From: Eledone cirrhosa
Lineage: Eukaryota
Assembly (NCBI GenBank): GCA_964016885.1
Contig: OZ024740.1
Span: 298,096,001 to 298,160,000 of the forward strand
Length of the DNA: 64,000 nucleotides
Reading direction: 5' to 3'
The position numbers and the translations under genes are program-made. This document shows, in pieces, positions 11,356-24,324 of the stretch. The notes beneath the pieces were generated by a model. The model was given only the letters and a program-made list of their open reading frames with translations. It did no database searches and had not been told where the DNA came from. The first letter of the stretch is position 1. Every line of letters starts with the position of its first letter.

Positions 11356-12034
11356 AGCGAATCGGCGTTTCCCTGAGGCTCGGCCTCCGGATCTGCCAGC
11401 CACACCAATGTCGCTGCGGTTCCACCGTGGACTCTTTCGGCCTCCACCCGTTTTCCTGTCTCCACAGTGCCGGCCGCATTCCACGCCATGCTGCCCTCAA
11501 CGAGGTCATTAAGCATGGCTTGGGCGCTGCAGGCTTCCCTTCCCGACTCGAGCCGGTGGGGCTGGATCGAGGGGACGGCAAAAGGCCAGATGGCATGACC
11601 ATCTTCCCGTTCCGCGGTGGCAAACCCCTCGTCTGGGATGCCACTTGCACCAACACTTTCTGCAGCCGCAACCTGGTGCAGTCTGCGACTGACCCATGTT
11701 CTGCTGCACGTCGGGCTGAGGGGGCCAAACTCCTCAAATACCGGTCGCTCTCCAACGGGTTTGCGGTCGTTCCCCTGGCAGTGGAGACTTCTGGTGTCCT
11801 CAGCCCCAGGACTACCTCCTTACTCACCACATTAGGCGCTGAGCTGGCCAGCCGCAAGTAAAGTGACTTTTCCAGCGCGTCTCCCTTGCCATCCTCCGGG
11901 GAAACGCCTTCTCCATTCTGTCCGCCGGGGCTGTGGGTGGGCCCCATCGCGTACCAATACATTAGTTAAATACCATTCTTTCATCTGATACAACACAATA
12001 AAGACTAAAGTGTTTAAAAAAAAAAAAAAAAAAA
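11356..12034 (+). mobile_element. 5'-truncated CRE-clade non-LTR retrotransposon (CCHC + restriction-like endonuclease), poly(A) tail
   Basis: HQCRCG..GLHPFSC, RH, KRPDG, WDAT, K..KY and PLAVETSG motifs. A-tail at 12016-12034. Highly similar to 61330-61981. Confidence 0.85.
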
Positions 12035-12999
12035 CCTATGTCTTAAGTTTGGGGAAAATACTGTAGAAATGCATAAGGTTTACACGCACGCGCGCGCGTG
12101 TGTGTGTTTGTGTGTATGTATGTATTTGTGTGTGCGTATGTATATCTATGTGTATGTCCGTCGGCGCATACTTATGTACTGGCCTAAATCTTCACTATTT
12201 TAAGGCAAAGTTAAAAGCCCGTCGAGGTTAACTTTGCCTTTCATCCTTACGGGGTTGATAAAATAAAGTACCAGTAATGTACTGGGTAATTGCTGGCCTT
12301 GTGCCAAAAGTAGAAACAACTATTTTAATAACCTCTGTCATTTTCGTTTACAATTTTATTTACATCATTCTTAAACTCCGGGGCTGGAAATCATTCGGTT
12401 ATTTTAAATAGAATATTAGTCAAACGACTCCATTTATACCATAAACTTGGTCTCGTCTTTGTATGAAATTGTTCTTCTCGGTCCAGATAACGACGTATTA
12501 TCCTCGTTTTTTTCCGTTCATTACAACGGAACGTCTTCACGAACCAAAATATGGTCTTTCTGTTTTCCTTCGGTTGCAACGTTTCTCGAAATATTTAATT
12601 CTGCGTTCACAGATTGAATTTTTTAATTTAAGAAGATCCCGTTAATGTTGAAAGCAGCGATTCTTTGCTTAAACTTTCTTTCTTTATCAACCCCTCTCCC
12701 TTTTTTCTCATACCCTCTCTTTCTCTCTCTCTCACTCATACCCCCTCTCTCTCTCTCTTCCTCTACAGAATGAAGAACAATAAAGAACGTGCAGATCTCT
12801 CTTTCTCTCTGTCTCTCTGTCTTTATATATATATGTGTTTGTGTGTGTGAACCAGCGTTCGTCGCCATTCTCTCTCTCTATCTGATTATCTTGTACCTCT
12901 CTCTTTATAACGACCTATCTCACTCTCTCTCTCTACATCCCCCTTTCTCTCTTTAGATGTATATGTATATGTGTGTGTGTGTGATATATATATAGAGAG

Positions 13000-13270
13000 A
13001 GAGTTGCAACATGTATGTAGTTTCATAGATTTTTTAGGGTAGTAGTGAGAGGAATTAAGCATGTAAGAGAGAGGGTTACAGCATGTATTTTATTGATTTT
13101 TTTTTCATAGAAGCAGGAAATTTTTGGCAAAGTTTATTACGCGTTGACCAGCCTTGGTAAATTTGAAGCACATTGGAAAAGAATCATCAAAATCGGTAGA
13201 GAAATGTGGAAATGCATAAAAATCATACACACACACAGACATGCATCTTCCGTTTTATATATAGAAAGAT
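13000..13270 (-). mobile_element. Helitron/Helentron-like non-autonomous 5' fragment
   Basis: Minus strand begins A|TCTTTCTATATATAAAAC, then a (TG)n tract and CCGATTTTGATGA. The 3' end was not found. Confidence 0.45.
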
Positions 13271-13434
13271 AACAATATTCACTTGTTGGTACATTGAGCA
13301 TCAAGTAATAAACTTGTGGCAGAAATTATCACTACATTATTTGTTGACTAGCTCCTTCGAGCTAGCGTGTATGCATGTATCAATACGACGATCCAATATG
13401 AAACTTACTGTGTGTGTGTGTGTGTGTGTGTATT

Positions 13435-13859
13435 CTTAGAATACGTTATTCGTCACAAGGACTGCTGCTTCGTGGTCTCTTGTCTGTTGTCGTAGTCCGT
13501 GGCCGAGAAGGTGAGAGCCAGTAAGGCCAGGAGAGAGAGATAAAGTGAAAGGTCTACTACATCGTTAGCCTTAACACGGACTGCTTGCTTCGGTCTGGCT
13601 CCTGGGTTCCCCAAGCCCCTGTATTTATAATAACCCTATAGCTAGAAGGATGTGTACATGGGGCTGATTTATGATCAGCCGAGTGGATATCGTCTCTCAG
13701 GAAGCTGGAGTCACAGGTCAAGTGGTATGTACGTTTATCATCCTGGTCTCTTGACAACACAATGGTGGGAACCTCCCAACAATAGGTGGTTCTAAAGACG
13801 AGACACCTCAGATTCGGTTTCGAATCTTCGCCGGTAAAACATCGGAGTATTCCGTTACA
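13435..13859. mobile_element. Probable solo-LTR remnant
   Basis: GC-richer non-coding block ending GTTACA with an internal TATA-like element. No partner LTR seen. Confidence 0.35.
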
Positions 13860-13867
13860 TATTCATA

Positions 13868-14172
13868 TATGATAAAGGCTGACCTGTCACAGCTGAAACG
13901 CTCGATGGAGATGACGCAGGACCGAGACTTCTAGCGATGCGACGTACGACAAAAGACTCGAGCCGACAATCCAGTACAGTCCACTCCGTAAGCGTCATCT
14001 GTGCTTAGGAAGGGCATCGAGCAGCCGTACAAAACCAGCCCAAACATGGTCCCTGTATGTGCAAGGTACGGCACGGCCAACTGTCCAGACTTGCCTCATA
14101 ACGTGGACGACCCGTTTAACTCATGCAAGCGTGGGAAAATAAGACGTTAAACAGTGATGATGATGATGATAT
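13868..14172 (+). mobile_element. Short 5'-truncated RTE copy (ORF end + 3' UTR + (GAT)n tail)
   Basis: KADLSQL..MTQDRDF matches KADLTQL..MTHDRDF. The 3' UTR (TTAGGAAGGGCATC..GACGTTAAAC) and tail match 53430-53593. Confidence 0.8.
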
Positions 14173-14751
14173 AAGTTTGTATATATATATCCTTATAAAA
14201 AGAAGTTTGTTTGGACGTTGACCGCAAATAACACTAACTAAAATTGATAATAATTAAGGTTTTTCGTGTTTTCAACTAATCCGATCTCCATCAAACTAAC
14301 TGTCGACCTATTTTCCGAAAAGGGAATGGGAAGGGGGCGAGTTGTAGGAGAATTTACTGCTATTTCTAGCACACATATACTGTCTTTTCGTCCATCATGC
14401 TATCAATATAGGGAATCGGAAACACTACACCTCTCACTCAAACCACCTCCTCCTCTCTCTAACTAAATTTTTCTACGATTTTCGTTTGGTGTTAGTCGAT
14501 CTGACTCACTTTCTCTCTTCCCACTCCCTCTTACTACCTCTTGTTCACTCTATATGTATGTATATATCTCTCTATATCTTTATAATAAGGAAGTTCATTT
14601 GTACGTTAACTGAGAATAACAGTAAATAAAATTGATGATAATTAAGAATTTTGGTGTGTTTTCAATTAATCTGACCTGCATTATTGCTTCTGTCTGTGTG
14701 TGTGTGCGTGTGTGTATGTGTGTATGTATGTGTGCGTATATATATATACAC

Positions 14752-14815
<64 letters not shown>

Positions 14816-15329
14816 GTACATATATATATATAGAGTGCGGACTTGACTGGCTAGATTTAATTAACACCACCACTAACGTAGCATGATACAGAATAGAGTT
14901 TCAAACGGAATAAATATTTTTCATATCTCTAAAATGCACTACCAGTCATATCAAGTAAAGAAATTCTCCCCGTTGAACATGATTTCGACATTAACACAGG
15001 CTTAAATAGAAGTGGCTATTAACGGCTCTGGGTTAGTGACTTTCAATATGCAGACGATATCGGCCTGTTGGAGAATGAATTTGAAAGCAGTTTTAGCAGT
15101 ATTGGTGATAGAGTAGTCGCCACTTTAGCAGGGTGGTAGAATCAGTGGTCGTTACTTTAACAGGGTAGATGATTGAAGGTCGTTAGTTGCCAGTGTGGTA
15201 AGTGATAGTATCCTCGTTAGATTATCTTGTTGACATAGACGTGAGGGAAGGTCCCTCGATCTATTTACCATCTATTTACAATATTCCTTTCGTCAGGTCG
15301 CCAATTCCAGCAGCATGGATTATAGATGT

Positions 15330-15674
15330 TATTGAGACACGAGTAACATAATAATGATTTCAACAGCAGTAATTAGAGATGAAATGTATGTTTATTTATA
15401 TGGTTGAAGTTACAGATAAAAAGAGGTTACAAAAGGGAATGTGCCATTGCGCCGTTAAGCCGGCGAGGCTAGGGGTGCAATATCTCACTGTTACATTATG
15501 CGTGTTGCTGGCTCGAAGTTTCTGGTACAAGAGAGAGATTCTTCAAATCTTCGCGGGGAATTTCTTCCTCAGGGCGCGTAGGGATACATCCTCTTCTACT
15601 GGCGCTGATTGGCTGAACTGAGCCAAATCACGCACAGAGAATGTATGTGAGCCCGCGGAATGTAGGTCACTACA
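15330..15674. mobile_element. Probable solo-LTR remnant
   Basis: Non-coding GC-richer block ending CACTACA, with AATAAA and CCAAT on the minus strand. Confidence 0.3.
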
Positions 15675-15751
15675 CAGTCAATAACAACTTCACACACTGG
15701 CCTCTCCAGCGAAAGATATATGCCTGTTAAATAACATAGATAAAACAATCC

Positions 15752-16181
15752 GGCATGCTGCCACACAACCTTGAATTGGAGAAGGGCTCAGTCACCATGT
15801 TTCTCAGAAACTTGGATCAGCCAAGATTGTGCAATGGGACACATATGGTTGTGACTGGACTACAGCTTCACATTATCGAAGCCAAATTCCTCACTTGATG
15901 TGGTATGGGAGACATCGCATTTATACCTTGAATGCCGCTAATACCAACATATGTCCCCTTTCGTTTCAAACGATTGCAATTCCCAGTGAGAGTCAGTTAC
16001 ACACTGACCATTAACATGTCCCAAGGTCAAACCCTGCAGGTAGTGTGTCTCCTAGAAGAGGGATGTTTCTCACATAGTCAATTGTATGTAGGTTATTCCA
16101 GACTAGGAAGACCCCGACAAATTCTTCATATTTGCTCCAAAGAAAAAAGTTAAAAATTTCGTATATGTTGAAGTTCTATAG
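15752..16181 (+). pseudogene. Helitron RepHel PIF1-like helicase C-terminal fragment
   Basis: PHNLEL..MFLRNLDQPRLCNGT..RFKRLQFPVRVSYTLTINMSQGQTL..FSHSQLYVGYSR..NFVYVEVL*, with internal stops. Confidence 0.9.
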
Positions 16182-16196
16182 ATGTTTTATAATATA

Positions 16197-16543
16197 CAGT
16201 TGTCCGCCAGTATTCGCGGGGATTGCGTTTCTAGAGCACCTGTGAACAGTGAAAAAGCGAATATTGGACGTGGGCCATAAAAATGCCTATAAACGTCAAA
16301 ATATAACGTAAAATATAGTTTTTAAAAAAAAGAGGGAGTGCCTTATGCGAAGGGGCATCCAATAGGCCGGCAAATACGGTATATTGTTAATAATTTAGCG
16401 TTGAAAAATATATGTTGCCATGAAAAAAAGCCATAAAAGAAATGGCGGAGGATATTTTACAATTCCGCAAATATGCGGTAGTTTCCACAAACAATTATTA
16501 ATTAGGTTCTAAGGAAAGTTCCGCGAATACCGGGGGTACACTG
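16197..16543. mobile_element. pogo/Tigger-like MITE
   Basis: TA|CAGT..CCAGTATTCGCGG ... CCGCGAATACCGGGGGTACACTG inverted termini. Confidence 0.75.
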
Positions 16544-16596
16544 AATATATATATATATATATATATACTCACACAAATATGTGTGTGTGTTAAGAT

Positions 16597-16629
<33 letters not shown>

Positions 16630-17079
16630 CTCACACAAATATGTGTGTGTGTTAAGATACATATATATATACTCACACAAATATGAGTGTGTGTGTGAAG
16701 ATATATATTTTTTTAACTATACCTTACTATTAGTTGTTTTTTAATATAAATGTGGCAGGATTCCCATAAAATATTGTAAACATAATCTGAATATGAGGTT
16801 CAGAGTCCGTAAACTTATATAGCCTTACGTTATCTCTTTGCGTTATTTTCTCAAGGCACTTGACATTCTGCATAAAAAAGGAATTCTTCAATTACTTCTC
16901 ATACTTTGGTTGACGTAGAAATGCCGAACAGTTAAGAAGGTAACCTTGCAATTATTAGGTCCCGGGTTCGATTACACTGCATCATATATCTTGGGAAAGT
17001 ATCATTTATTATAGCCCCGGATCGACCCTTGTGAGTGATATAACAGCTATTTAAGTACTCATGTACGAGTGCTGTATAC

Positions 17080-17235
17080 CAGCGGCCGCCAACCGGTGGT
17101 CCGAGAGAAAATTTTGGTGGTCCGCAGAAAAAATTTAATGTATTTATCTTTTTTTTTAAATTCATATTAGTGGTCAGCGGGATTTAAAATTATGAATTTA
17201 GTGGTCCGTGAGGTCCGAAAGGTTGGCGACCGCTG
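17080..17235. mobile_element. hAT (Charlie-like) MITE
   Basis: TIRs CAGCGGCCGCCAACC / GGTTGGCGACCGCTG with a perfect 8-bp TSD CTGTATAC (17072-17079 and 17236-17243). Confidence 0.92.
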
Positions 17236-17964
17236 CTGTATACAAATACTTCAGGGTTTTTTAATAGCTTACATTGTATGTAAATTACTAACGAGGTTCG
17301 AATACCTCCCCCCACCGCTTTGAAATTTTATTTTTACCTTAATGTTTTGTAGTTAGTAAGCATTGTTGATGATGGATTTTCAAAACATCCTGAAATACAC
17401 ATATACAGCGTTTTACAAGGGTACTGAGGTGTGTGTTATATGATCATAGCTTAAGATATTTACTTACTGTATATGGTTCCATATACGCCTTTATTCTGAA
17501 ACACGCTGTGTTAGTAATACCGCTAAGATATATATATATAACGGCGATGAATTAGTTTTGCGAGGTTTTTTATATGAAATCGTGTGTCGAAACAAATATT
17601 GTTATACTTGGGGAGGGTCATATTTGTGTAATATTGCCAGAATTAATAACAGAACACACTCACTGCTTGGTTGGTTTTCGCTTTTCGCTTCTGTGTCTTT
17701 TATATCGGTAATCTAATTTATTCGGTCCTCAATGTTGCCATTGACTGACCAACGGTCAAAAATAACACAGATACAATATAGACACAAACACATATATATA
17801 GTTTATCAAAGTTCTTTCGTTGCATATTTGCAACATCGTCAGTGGTGCTATTGTTTCCTCCCGTTACATTGTATGTCTACGCCATTTTTATTTAGTCTGT
17901 CTATATATTTATTTATTTGTTTGTTTGTTTATTTTATTTCATTTTGTCTTCTTTGCGCATGCAT

Positions 17965-19620
17965 TTTTCTTACCTGATCATTGTTTTTGCTGTGGAAAAA
18001 TGTGTGGAGATGATCATTGAGAGTGAGTTGGAGTTCTGCGACGTCGACACAGACGAACTGGGCCTCCTACTTAGACTTACCTACGACACTGACTACCTAG
18101 ACAGCCATGACCTTAGACGTTTCTGCCCTAGTAGACCCATAAGAGGTAGACCCCCCACCATAACCTCAATGGCAAAAAAGACTCCCATGGGAAGGTGGAT
18201 TGGGTGGACCAAAGCTATACGGACCCCCAAAAACAATGATCAGGTAAGAAAAATGGTCGCACATGCAATAGGGGCTAGTATCAAAACTACCCTAAAGGGC
18301 CACATATTCAAGTTCAACGAGAAGATCTACACCCAAAATGAGGGAGCAGGCATTGGCGTCAGCATAGCTGGTGATGTTGCCAACCTTTTCATGGTATGGT
18401 GGGAAAGGAGACTTAAAGATCTCCTTAATGAGACCTCCATAGACCACATCATGTACTCTCGTTACGTAGACGATATCAATATAGTTATAAGAACATCCCC
18501 ACTAGAGATCACTAACAAGTTTGATTTAGAACGTAGCACAATGGAAAACATCCAGCAGATAGCTAATTCCATACACCAGAGTATAACTGTAACTATCGAC
18601 TACCCTTCCAAACACCCTAACAATAGACTACCTGTATTAGACACGGAACTCTGGATTAACACTATAGACGAGAGAGCCCAAATTCTCCACTCACACTATG
18701 CTAAACCCATGGCCTCCAAATACCTGATACTCAAAAACTCAGCAATGTCCAGTAGTGCTAAGTTTAATATTCTGATCGCAGATTTGGTACGAGTGATGAA
18801 GAATGCGTCCCACATGTGCGACCCAACAGAAATGGAAAGACACATCCAACACTTCATCAACCGCATGCAGTTCTCTGGCTACAACCAAAGAGACAGAGTC
18901 AGAGTATTCGAAGGAGCCATGGAGAAGTATAAGACCCTCATAGAACTGGACATGAAAGGAATTTGCCCATTATACAGGAGCAAATCATGGAATAGCTTAG
19001 ATAGGGCTAGACATAAGATAGGGAAAGCCACCTCATGGTACGACAACCAGAGATACTAGAGTGTCATGTTTGTGGACGCTACCCCTGGAGGGAAATTAGC
19101 TAACCAGTGTAGAAAGGCCCTGAGAAAGACCCACTTAACGGTTAAGGTGGTAGAAAAGCCAGGAACCACCATAAAATCCCTGATCAGCAAAACCTACCCT
19201 TTTAAGAAAACCCACTGTACTAATAGGAAATGTATCATATGTAAGGTAAACCCCCGGATAAACTGTAAAACTAGAAACGTAGTCTATAGCATAAGATGTA
19301 CAGAGGGTACTTGCAGAAACATGACAACAACAGACATAGGCGAGACAGCTCGTAGCATAGGTGAAAGGATAGACCAACACTGGGGGGAACTAAAAGGACG
19401 AAAAAACGGGTCAGTACTATACGAACATGCCAGACAACAACACGACGGTAACATAGACAACATAGAAATTAGAATAATATCTAAACATAGAAATGACCCA
19501 GCAGATAGGCAAATCAGAGAGGCCAGTGAAATAGAACTTAGAAGGCCAAGACTAAACAGAAAGAATGAATGGAATAACAACAACACCCAAACAAACAACA
19601 CTGACCTAAGAGAAGTATAA
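17965..19620 (+). pseudogene. Penelope-like RT + GIY-YIG endonuclease ORF with one in-frame stop (TAG 19057-19059), N-terminus missing
   Basis: QNEGAGIG..ANLFM, RYVDDI, LPVLD, YAKP. Cys linker C..C..C, then NVVYSIRC..IGETARS..R...H, EASEI, LNRKNEW. ORFs 17917 and 19066 are in the same frame. Confidence 0.9.
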
Positions 19621-19896
19621 ATAAATAAATAAATAGATAAATAAATAAATACATACACAAGCACAATAACAACAAACACATATAAACACACACTAGAGAA
19701 GATAGAATACATTAACCGATACACAGTCACCCAATCACGAACACACATCAAACAAAACACTATACACACACGCAAAGGCATGCGCAAAGAAGACAAAATG
19801 AAATAAAATAAACAAACAAACAAATAAATAAATAAATATATAGACAGACTAAATAAAAATGGCGTAGACATACAATGTAACGGGAGGAAACAATAG

Positions 19897-19940
19897 CACC
19901 ACTGACGATGTTGCAAATGTGCAACGAAAGAACTTTGATA
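19897..19940 (+). ncRNA. Minimal type-I hammerhead ribozyme motif in the pLTR (mirror copy 17804-17847 minus)
   Basis: CTGACGA-T-GTTGCA-AATG-TGCAAC-GAAA core with a perfect 6-bp stem II. Stem I is imperfect and stem III very short. Confidence 0.6.
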
Positions 19941-20140
19941 AACTATATATATGTGTTTGTGTCTATATTGTATCTGTGTTATTTTTGACCGTTTGTCAGT
20001 CAATGGCAACATTGAGGACCGAATAAATTAGATTACCGATATAAAAGACACAGAAGCGAAAAGCGAAAACCAACCAAGCAGTGAGTGTGTTCTGTTATTA
20101 ATTCTGGCAATATTACACAAATATGACCCTCCCCAAGTAT

Positions 20141-20204
<64 letters not shown>

Positions 20205-20764
20205 TTCAAACTTATAGTTTTATATAGCTCTGATTAATGATTATTTAATTCATTCATTCATTGAGCCACATCGTTGAAAGTGGTCTACACTCATATATGT
20301 ATCTATGCTTATGTTTAAATATATGTTTCCTCTGACTGTGTTCTAACTCCCTTACGGTTGAGTAAATTTAGGCGGTAACTAACTGCTTCTTCTAGCAATG
20401 AACTTACTGGCCACCTGTCTACTCTTCACAACACTTCTTTCTTGATTGTTAACCACGTGATGATTTTCAATCCTTTTTGAATTTGTTACTGGCAGCGATC
20501 ACTTTGGAAAAAAATCGGTCCTAACTGAGGGAGTCTCTTGATAAGCTTGACGCCTCGTGGATAATAGAGCGATTACACATTTCCACAAAGCGCAAGCGAA
20601 ACTGCCGCAAATCGGGGCTAGAGGAATATCGGTAAACATTTATCTATTATTCCTTCAAACTTGCATTTTAACTTAGCTCCGTTTAATTGATTATTTACTT
20701 AGTTCATTTTTCCGGACTAAGAAGAAAAATTAGGTAAATTTTATCTGTCTGTTCTTCAAACTTA

Positions 20765-20849
<85 letters not shown>

Positions 20850-20857
20850 ATATATAT

Positions 20858-21068
20858 AATTTGTTATACTTTGGGAGGGTCAGGCTGCCAATAAAATCTT
20901 ACGCCCTTGTTGGTTTTCACTTCAATTTATTATAAGTTTCCGATTGGTTGGCTGGTTCGATAACCGGAAGGTTCTTTATATATTGCCAAAGCTCTTTCGT
21001 CAGACATTCTGTGACCTCTTCAGTAACTAAGTCTTTTATGTTGTGTGTGTCTCTCCTTTGTTTTGTCC
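20858..21068 (-). mobile_element. Solo Penelope pLTR fragment with hammerhead core (20983-21030)
   Basis: Minus strand CTGAAGA-G-GTCA..TGAC-GAAAGAGCTTTGGC. The end TGACCCTCCCAAAGTATAACAA is shared with the pLTR at ~20124-20145. Confidence 0.7.
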
Positions 21069-21069
21069 T

Positions 21070-21527
21070 ATGGACATGAATTCATTGAAGCTCCGATGTC
21101 TGGCAACTGACTTGGTAAACACCCACAAAGTTATTAACCATCTCGCCAACAACAACCCTGAGCACCTTTTTGATCTCCATGTGTCTAACACACGTGGACA
21201 TGCCTACAAAGTCAAAAAACAGCACAGCTCCCATGACTTTCGGAAACATTTTTTCACGCTCAGAGTTGCTGAAGCATGGAACAAATTACCTGCGTCAGTT
21301 GTTAGCTGCTGAGACACTGCATCCTTTAAAACCCTCATGCTTCCCGAAATTCGCCAAAACTACACCTGATGTCCCCCTTCCAAACACATGCACACGTGTG
21401 TATATCATGACTCATGCACTGTTCATTTTCCTGACGTTTGTACATTACCCTATGTACTATACATACACTTTTGATGAGTTGTAGTGCATCTGAGCACTGT
21501 ACACAATATTTTCATTATTATTATTAT
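21070..21527 (+). mobile_element. CR1-clade LINE 3' fragment with (ATT)n tail
   Basis: SLKLRCLATDL..TRGHAYK..RKHFFTLRVAEAWNKLPASVV..SFK, the typical CR1 C-terminus. Confidence 0.85.
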
Positions 21528-21571
21528 ATGTATGTATAATAATAATAATGAAAATATTGTATATGTATGTG

Positions 21572-21757
21572 TGGTGGATTGGCAGTATCGGTAGAGAGTC
21601 GGACGCCATGCTTTCCAGCATAGCTATGTCCCTTTACGGTCTGAGTTCAAATCCCGCCGAGGTTCACTTTGCCTTTCATCCTTACGGGGTCGATAAAATA
21701 AAGTACCAGTAATGTACTGGGTAATTGCTGGCCTTGTGCCAAAAGTAGAAATAATTA
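21572..21757 (+). mobile_element. tRNA-derived SINE family A
   Basis: Matches the family A consensus end to end. Confidence 0.9.
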
Positions 21758-22130
21758 TTATATGTATGTGTGTATGTATGTATGTATATATGTGTGTGTA
21801 TTTGTGTGTGTGCCAGGATCTTACGTAACCAGGCCATTGAAATATATATAGTATTTTTGCAACAATAAAACTTTAAAGGAACATCACTAGTTCAGCTTCC
21901 TGTTATTTTAATCAGTATGTATAAAGAGAGAGAGGGGGAGAGGGGGTGACATGGCTGTATGATTAAGGGGTTCGCTTCGCAATCATTAGGTTCCGGGTTC
22001 CATCCCATTGCGGAGCATTTGGGGCATATTAGGTAAGTGTCATTTACCATAGCTTCGAGTCAACCATGCTTTGTGAGTAAATCTGAGTAGAGGGGAAATG
22101 TTTGGAAACCAGTCTAATGGACTGTACATG

Positions 22131-22473
22131 TACGGGTCTCGAATAATCAACCCCCGCTTATTAAATTTTCAGATCCTCCTTGCTCTTATTCCATTCCCAC
22201 TCACCCCCACTCACTTATTAAATTTTTCTAATTTATCTCGAGCAAAATTTTATTTTAAGTAGTAGCATTCCTGCGACAATTAATTTTCTTTATACATTAA
22301 AAAAACATTATACATGACAAAAAAGTACATTACTAGAAATTTCATACATTATAAGATAAATAGAATGGGTTGGGGTCTCAATATGTAAACTAAACAACTG
22401 ATTCTGGTATTTGAAATAATCAACGATGAAATATTATCGACCCCCCCCCCCCCTATTATTTGGGACACGGGCG
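22131..22473. mobile_element. TA-flanked MITE family B (CTCTCGGGTC(C/T)C.AATA termini)
   Basis: Reverse-oriented homologue of 25194-25551. Confidence 0.65.
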
Positions 22474-22737
22474 TAATTCAAAGCCCTGCCACATACTCCC
22501 ACCCTGAATCTCCCTGAGAACTACGTTAAAGTTGAATGCCTTTGTGGAATACTCAGCCACTTACACGTTAATATTATGTGTAGTTGACTTTGCCTTTCAT
22601 CCTTACGGGGTCGATAAAATAAAGTACCAGTAATGTACTTGGCCTTGTGCCAAAAGTAGAAACAATTATGTGTAGGCTGTTCAGTTGTTCGAACAACTGA
22701 AACACTCATCGTCGAAACAGACTATCTAATCTAAGTA

Positions 22738-23665
22738 CGGTGGTGGTGGTGGTTGGATGTGGTGGTGGTGGTGGTTGTAGTGGTAGTGGTTGGATGTGGT
22801 GGTGGTGGTGGTGGTGGTTGGATGTGGTGGTGGTGGTGGTTGTAGTGGTAGTGGTTGGATGTGGTGGTGGTGGTGGTGGTGATTGGATGTGGTGGTAGTG
22901 GTAGTGGTAGTGGAGGTTGGATGTGGTGGTGGTGGTAGTGGTAGTGGTAGTGGTTGGATGTGGTGGTGGTGGTGGTGGTGTTGGATGGATGTGGTGGTAG
23001 TGGTAGTGGTAGTGGTAGTGGTTGGATGTGGTGGTGGTGGTTGGATGTGGTGGTAGTGGTAGTGGTAGTGGAGGTTGGATGTGGTGGTGGTGGTGGTGGT
23101 AGTGGTTGGATGTGGTGGTGGTGGTGGTGTTGGATGGATGTGGTGGTAGTGGTAGTGGTAGTGGTAGTGGTTGGATGTGGTCGTGGTGGTTGGATGTGGT
23201 GGTAGTGGTAGTGGTAGTGGAGGTTGGATGTGGTGGTGGTGGTGGTGGTAGTGGTTGGATGTGGTGGTGGTGGTGGTGTTGGATGGATGTGGTGGTAGTG
23301 GTAGTGGTAGTGGTAGTGGTTGGATGTGGTCGTGGTGGTTGGATGTGGTGGTAGTGGTAGTGGTAGTGGAGGTTGGATGTGGTGGTGGTGGTGGTGGTGG
23401 TAGTGGTTGGATGTGGTGGTGGTGGTGGTGTTGGATGGATGTGATGGTGGTGGTGGTGGTGGGTGGCTGTGGTGGTGGTGGTGGTGGGTAATAGTGGTGG
23501 TGATGAGTGGATGAGGTAGTGATGGGTGAATGTGGTGGTGGTGATGGATGGATGGATGTTGTTGGTGGTGGGTGGATGTAGTGGTGGGTGACTGTGGTGG
23601 TGATGGGTGACTGTGGTGATGGGTGACTGTGGTATTGGGTGGCTTGTGGTGGTGGTGGTGGTGGT
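22738..23665. repeat. Compound (TGG)n/(TGGTAG)n/TTGGATG minisatellite
   Basis: Directly visible. Confidence 0.95.
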
Positions 23666-23784
23666 AGGTAGAGAACTGTCAGTGTCATATAGACGTTGGT
23701 GTTGCTTGAGAACATAGGAATCGAAGGTGATCTTTCCGCCCTCAACAACGAGGTGTCCCCATTCAACTGGTAATGTCACAGAAT

Positions 23785-23827
<43 letters not shown>

Positions 23828-24324
23828 ACACACTGTCGCTCTCATACTCACACGCACTTTCCCCCTCCCTCGCTCTCACACACCCTTTCTCTCTCTTACA
23901 TAACTTTTTTTCTCTTCTCTATCTCCCACACACACTCTTCCTCTCTCTCGCCCTCCTCTCCATCTCTCTCTCACACACCCTTTCTCTTTCTCCACTTCTC
24001 TCTCTCTCTCTCACAAACACCCTTTCTTTCTCCATATCTCACTCTCTCTGACCCCCCCCCCCCCACACACACACACATGCTCACATGAATTTGTGTGAGA
24101 ATACGTGTGTGCGTGTGTGTGTGTGTGTATGCGTGTGTGCGTTTGTGTGTTATGTGTTTTTATCACATAATTACATTGATATAGACTATTTACCTTTTTA
24201 TGACAGTCTGTCTTCAAAGAAAGGTTTTCGGCAATTTGAGGTCATTGCATAGAGGTCGGCAATCTAAAACTCCCAGTGCTGTGGAATATAATAATTATTT
24301 AACAATAGAACCATATTATTATAA

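Larger units (their letters stand above)
17540..20148 (+). mobile_element. Penelope-like element, 5'-truncated, with inverted pseudo-LTRs (17596-17962 minus; 19778-20148 plus), inserted in (TA)n
   Basis: ~370-bp near-perfect inverted repeat enclosing an RT + GIY-YIG ORF, with (TA)n on both flanks. Confidence 0.92.

Noticed and set aside
19284-20012. 242-aa minus-strand ORF duplicated in part at 17732
   Set aside because: An antisense reading of the A-rich Penelope 3' region and pLTR.
22706-23857. Pro/Thr/His-rich ORFs, with a unique ~100-bp stretch at 23670-23766
   Set aside because: Mostly minisatellite. The unique part has a possible minus-strand acceptor but no good donor and two open frames, so it cannot be called.
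24207-24324. Open plus-strand frame after a TGACAG acceptor
   Set aside because: No donor before the CRE insertion and no recognisable homology.
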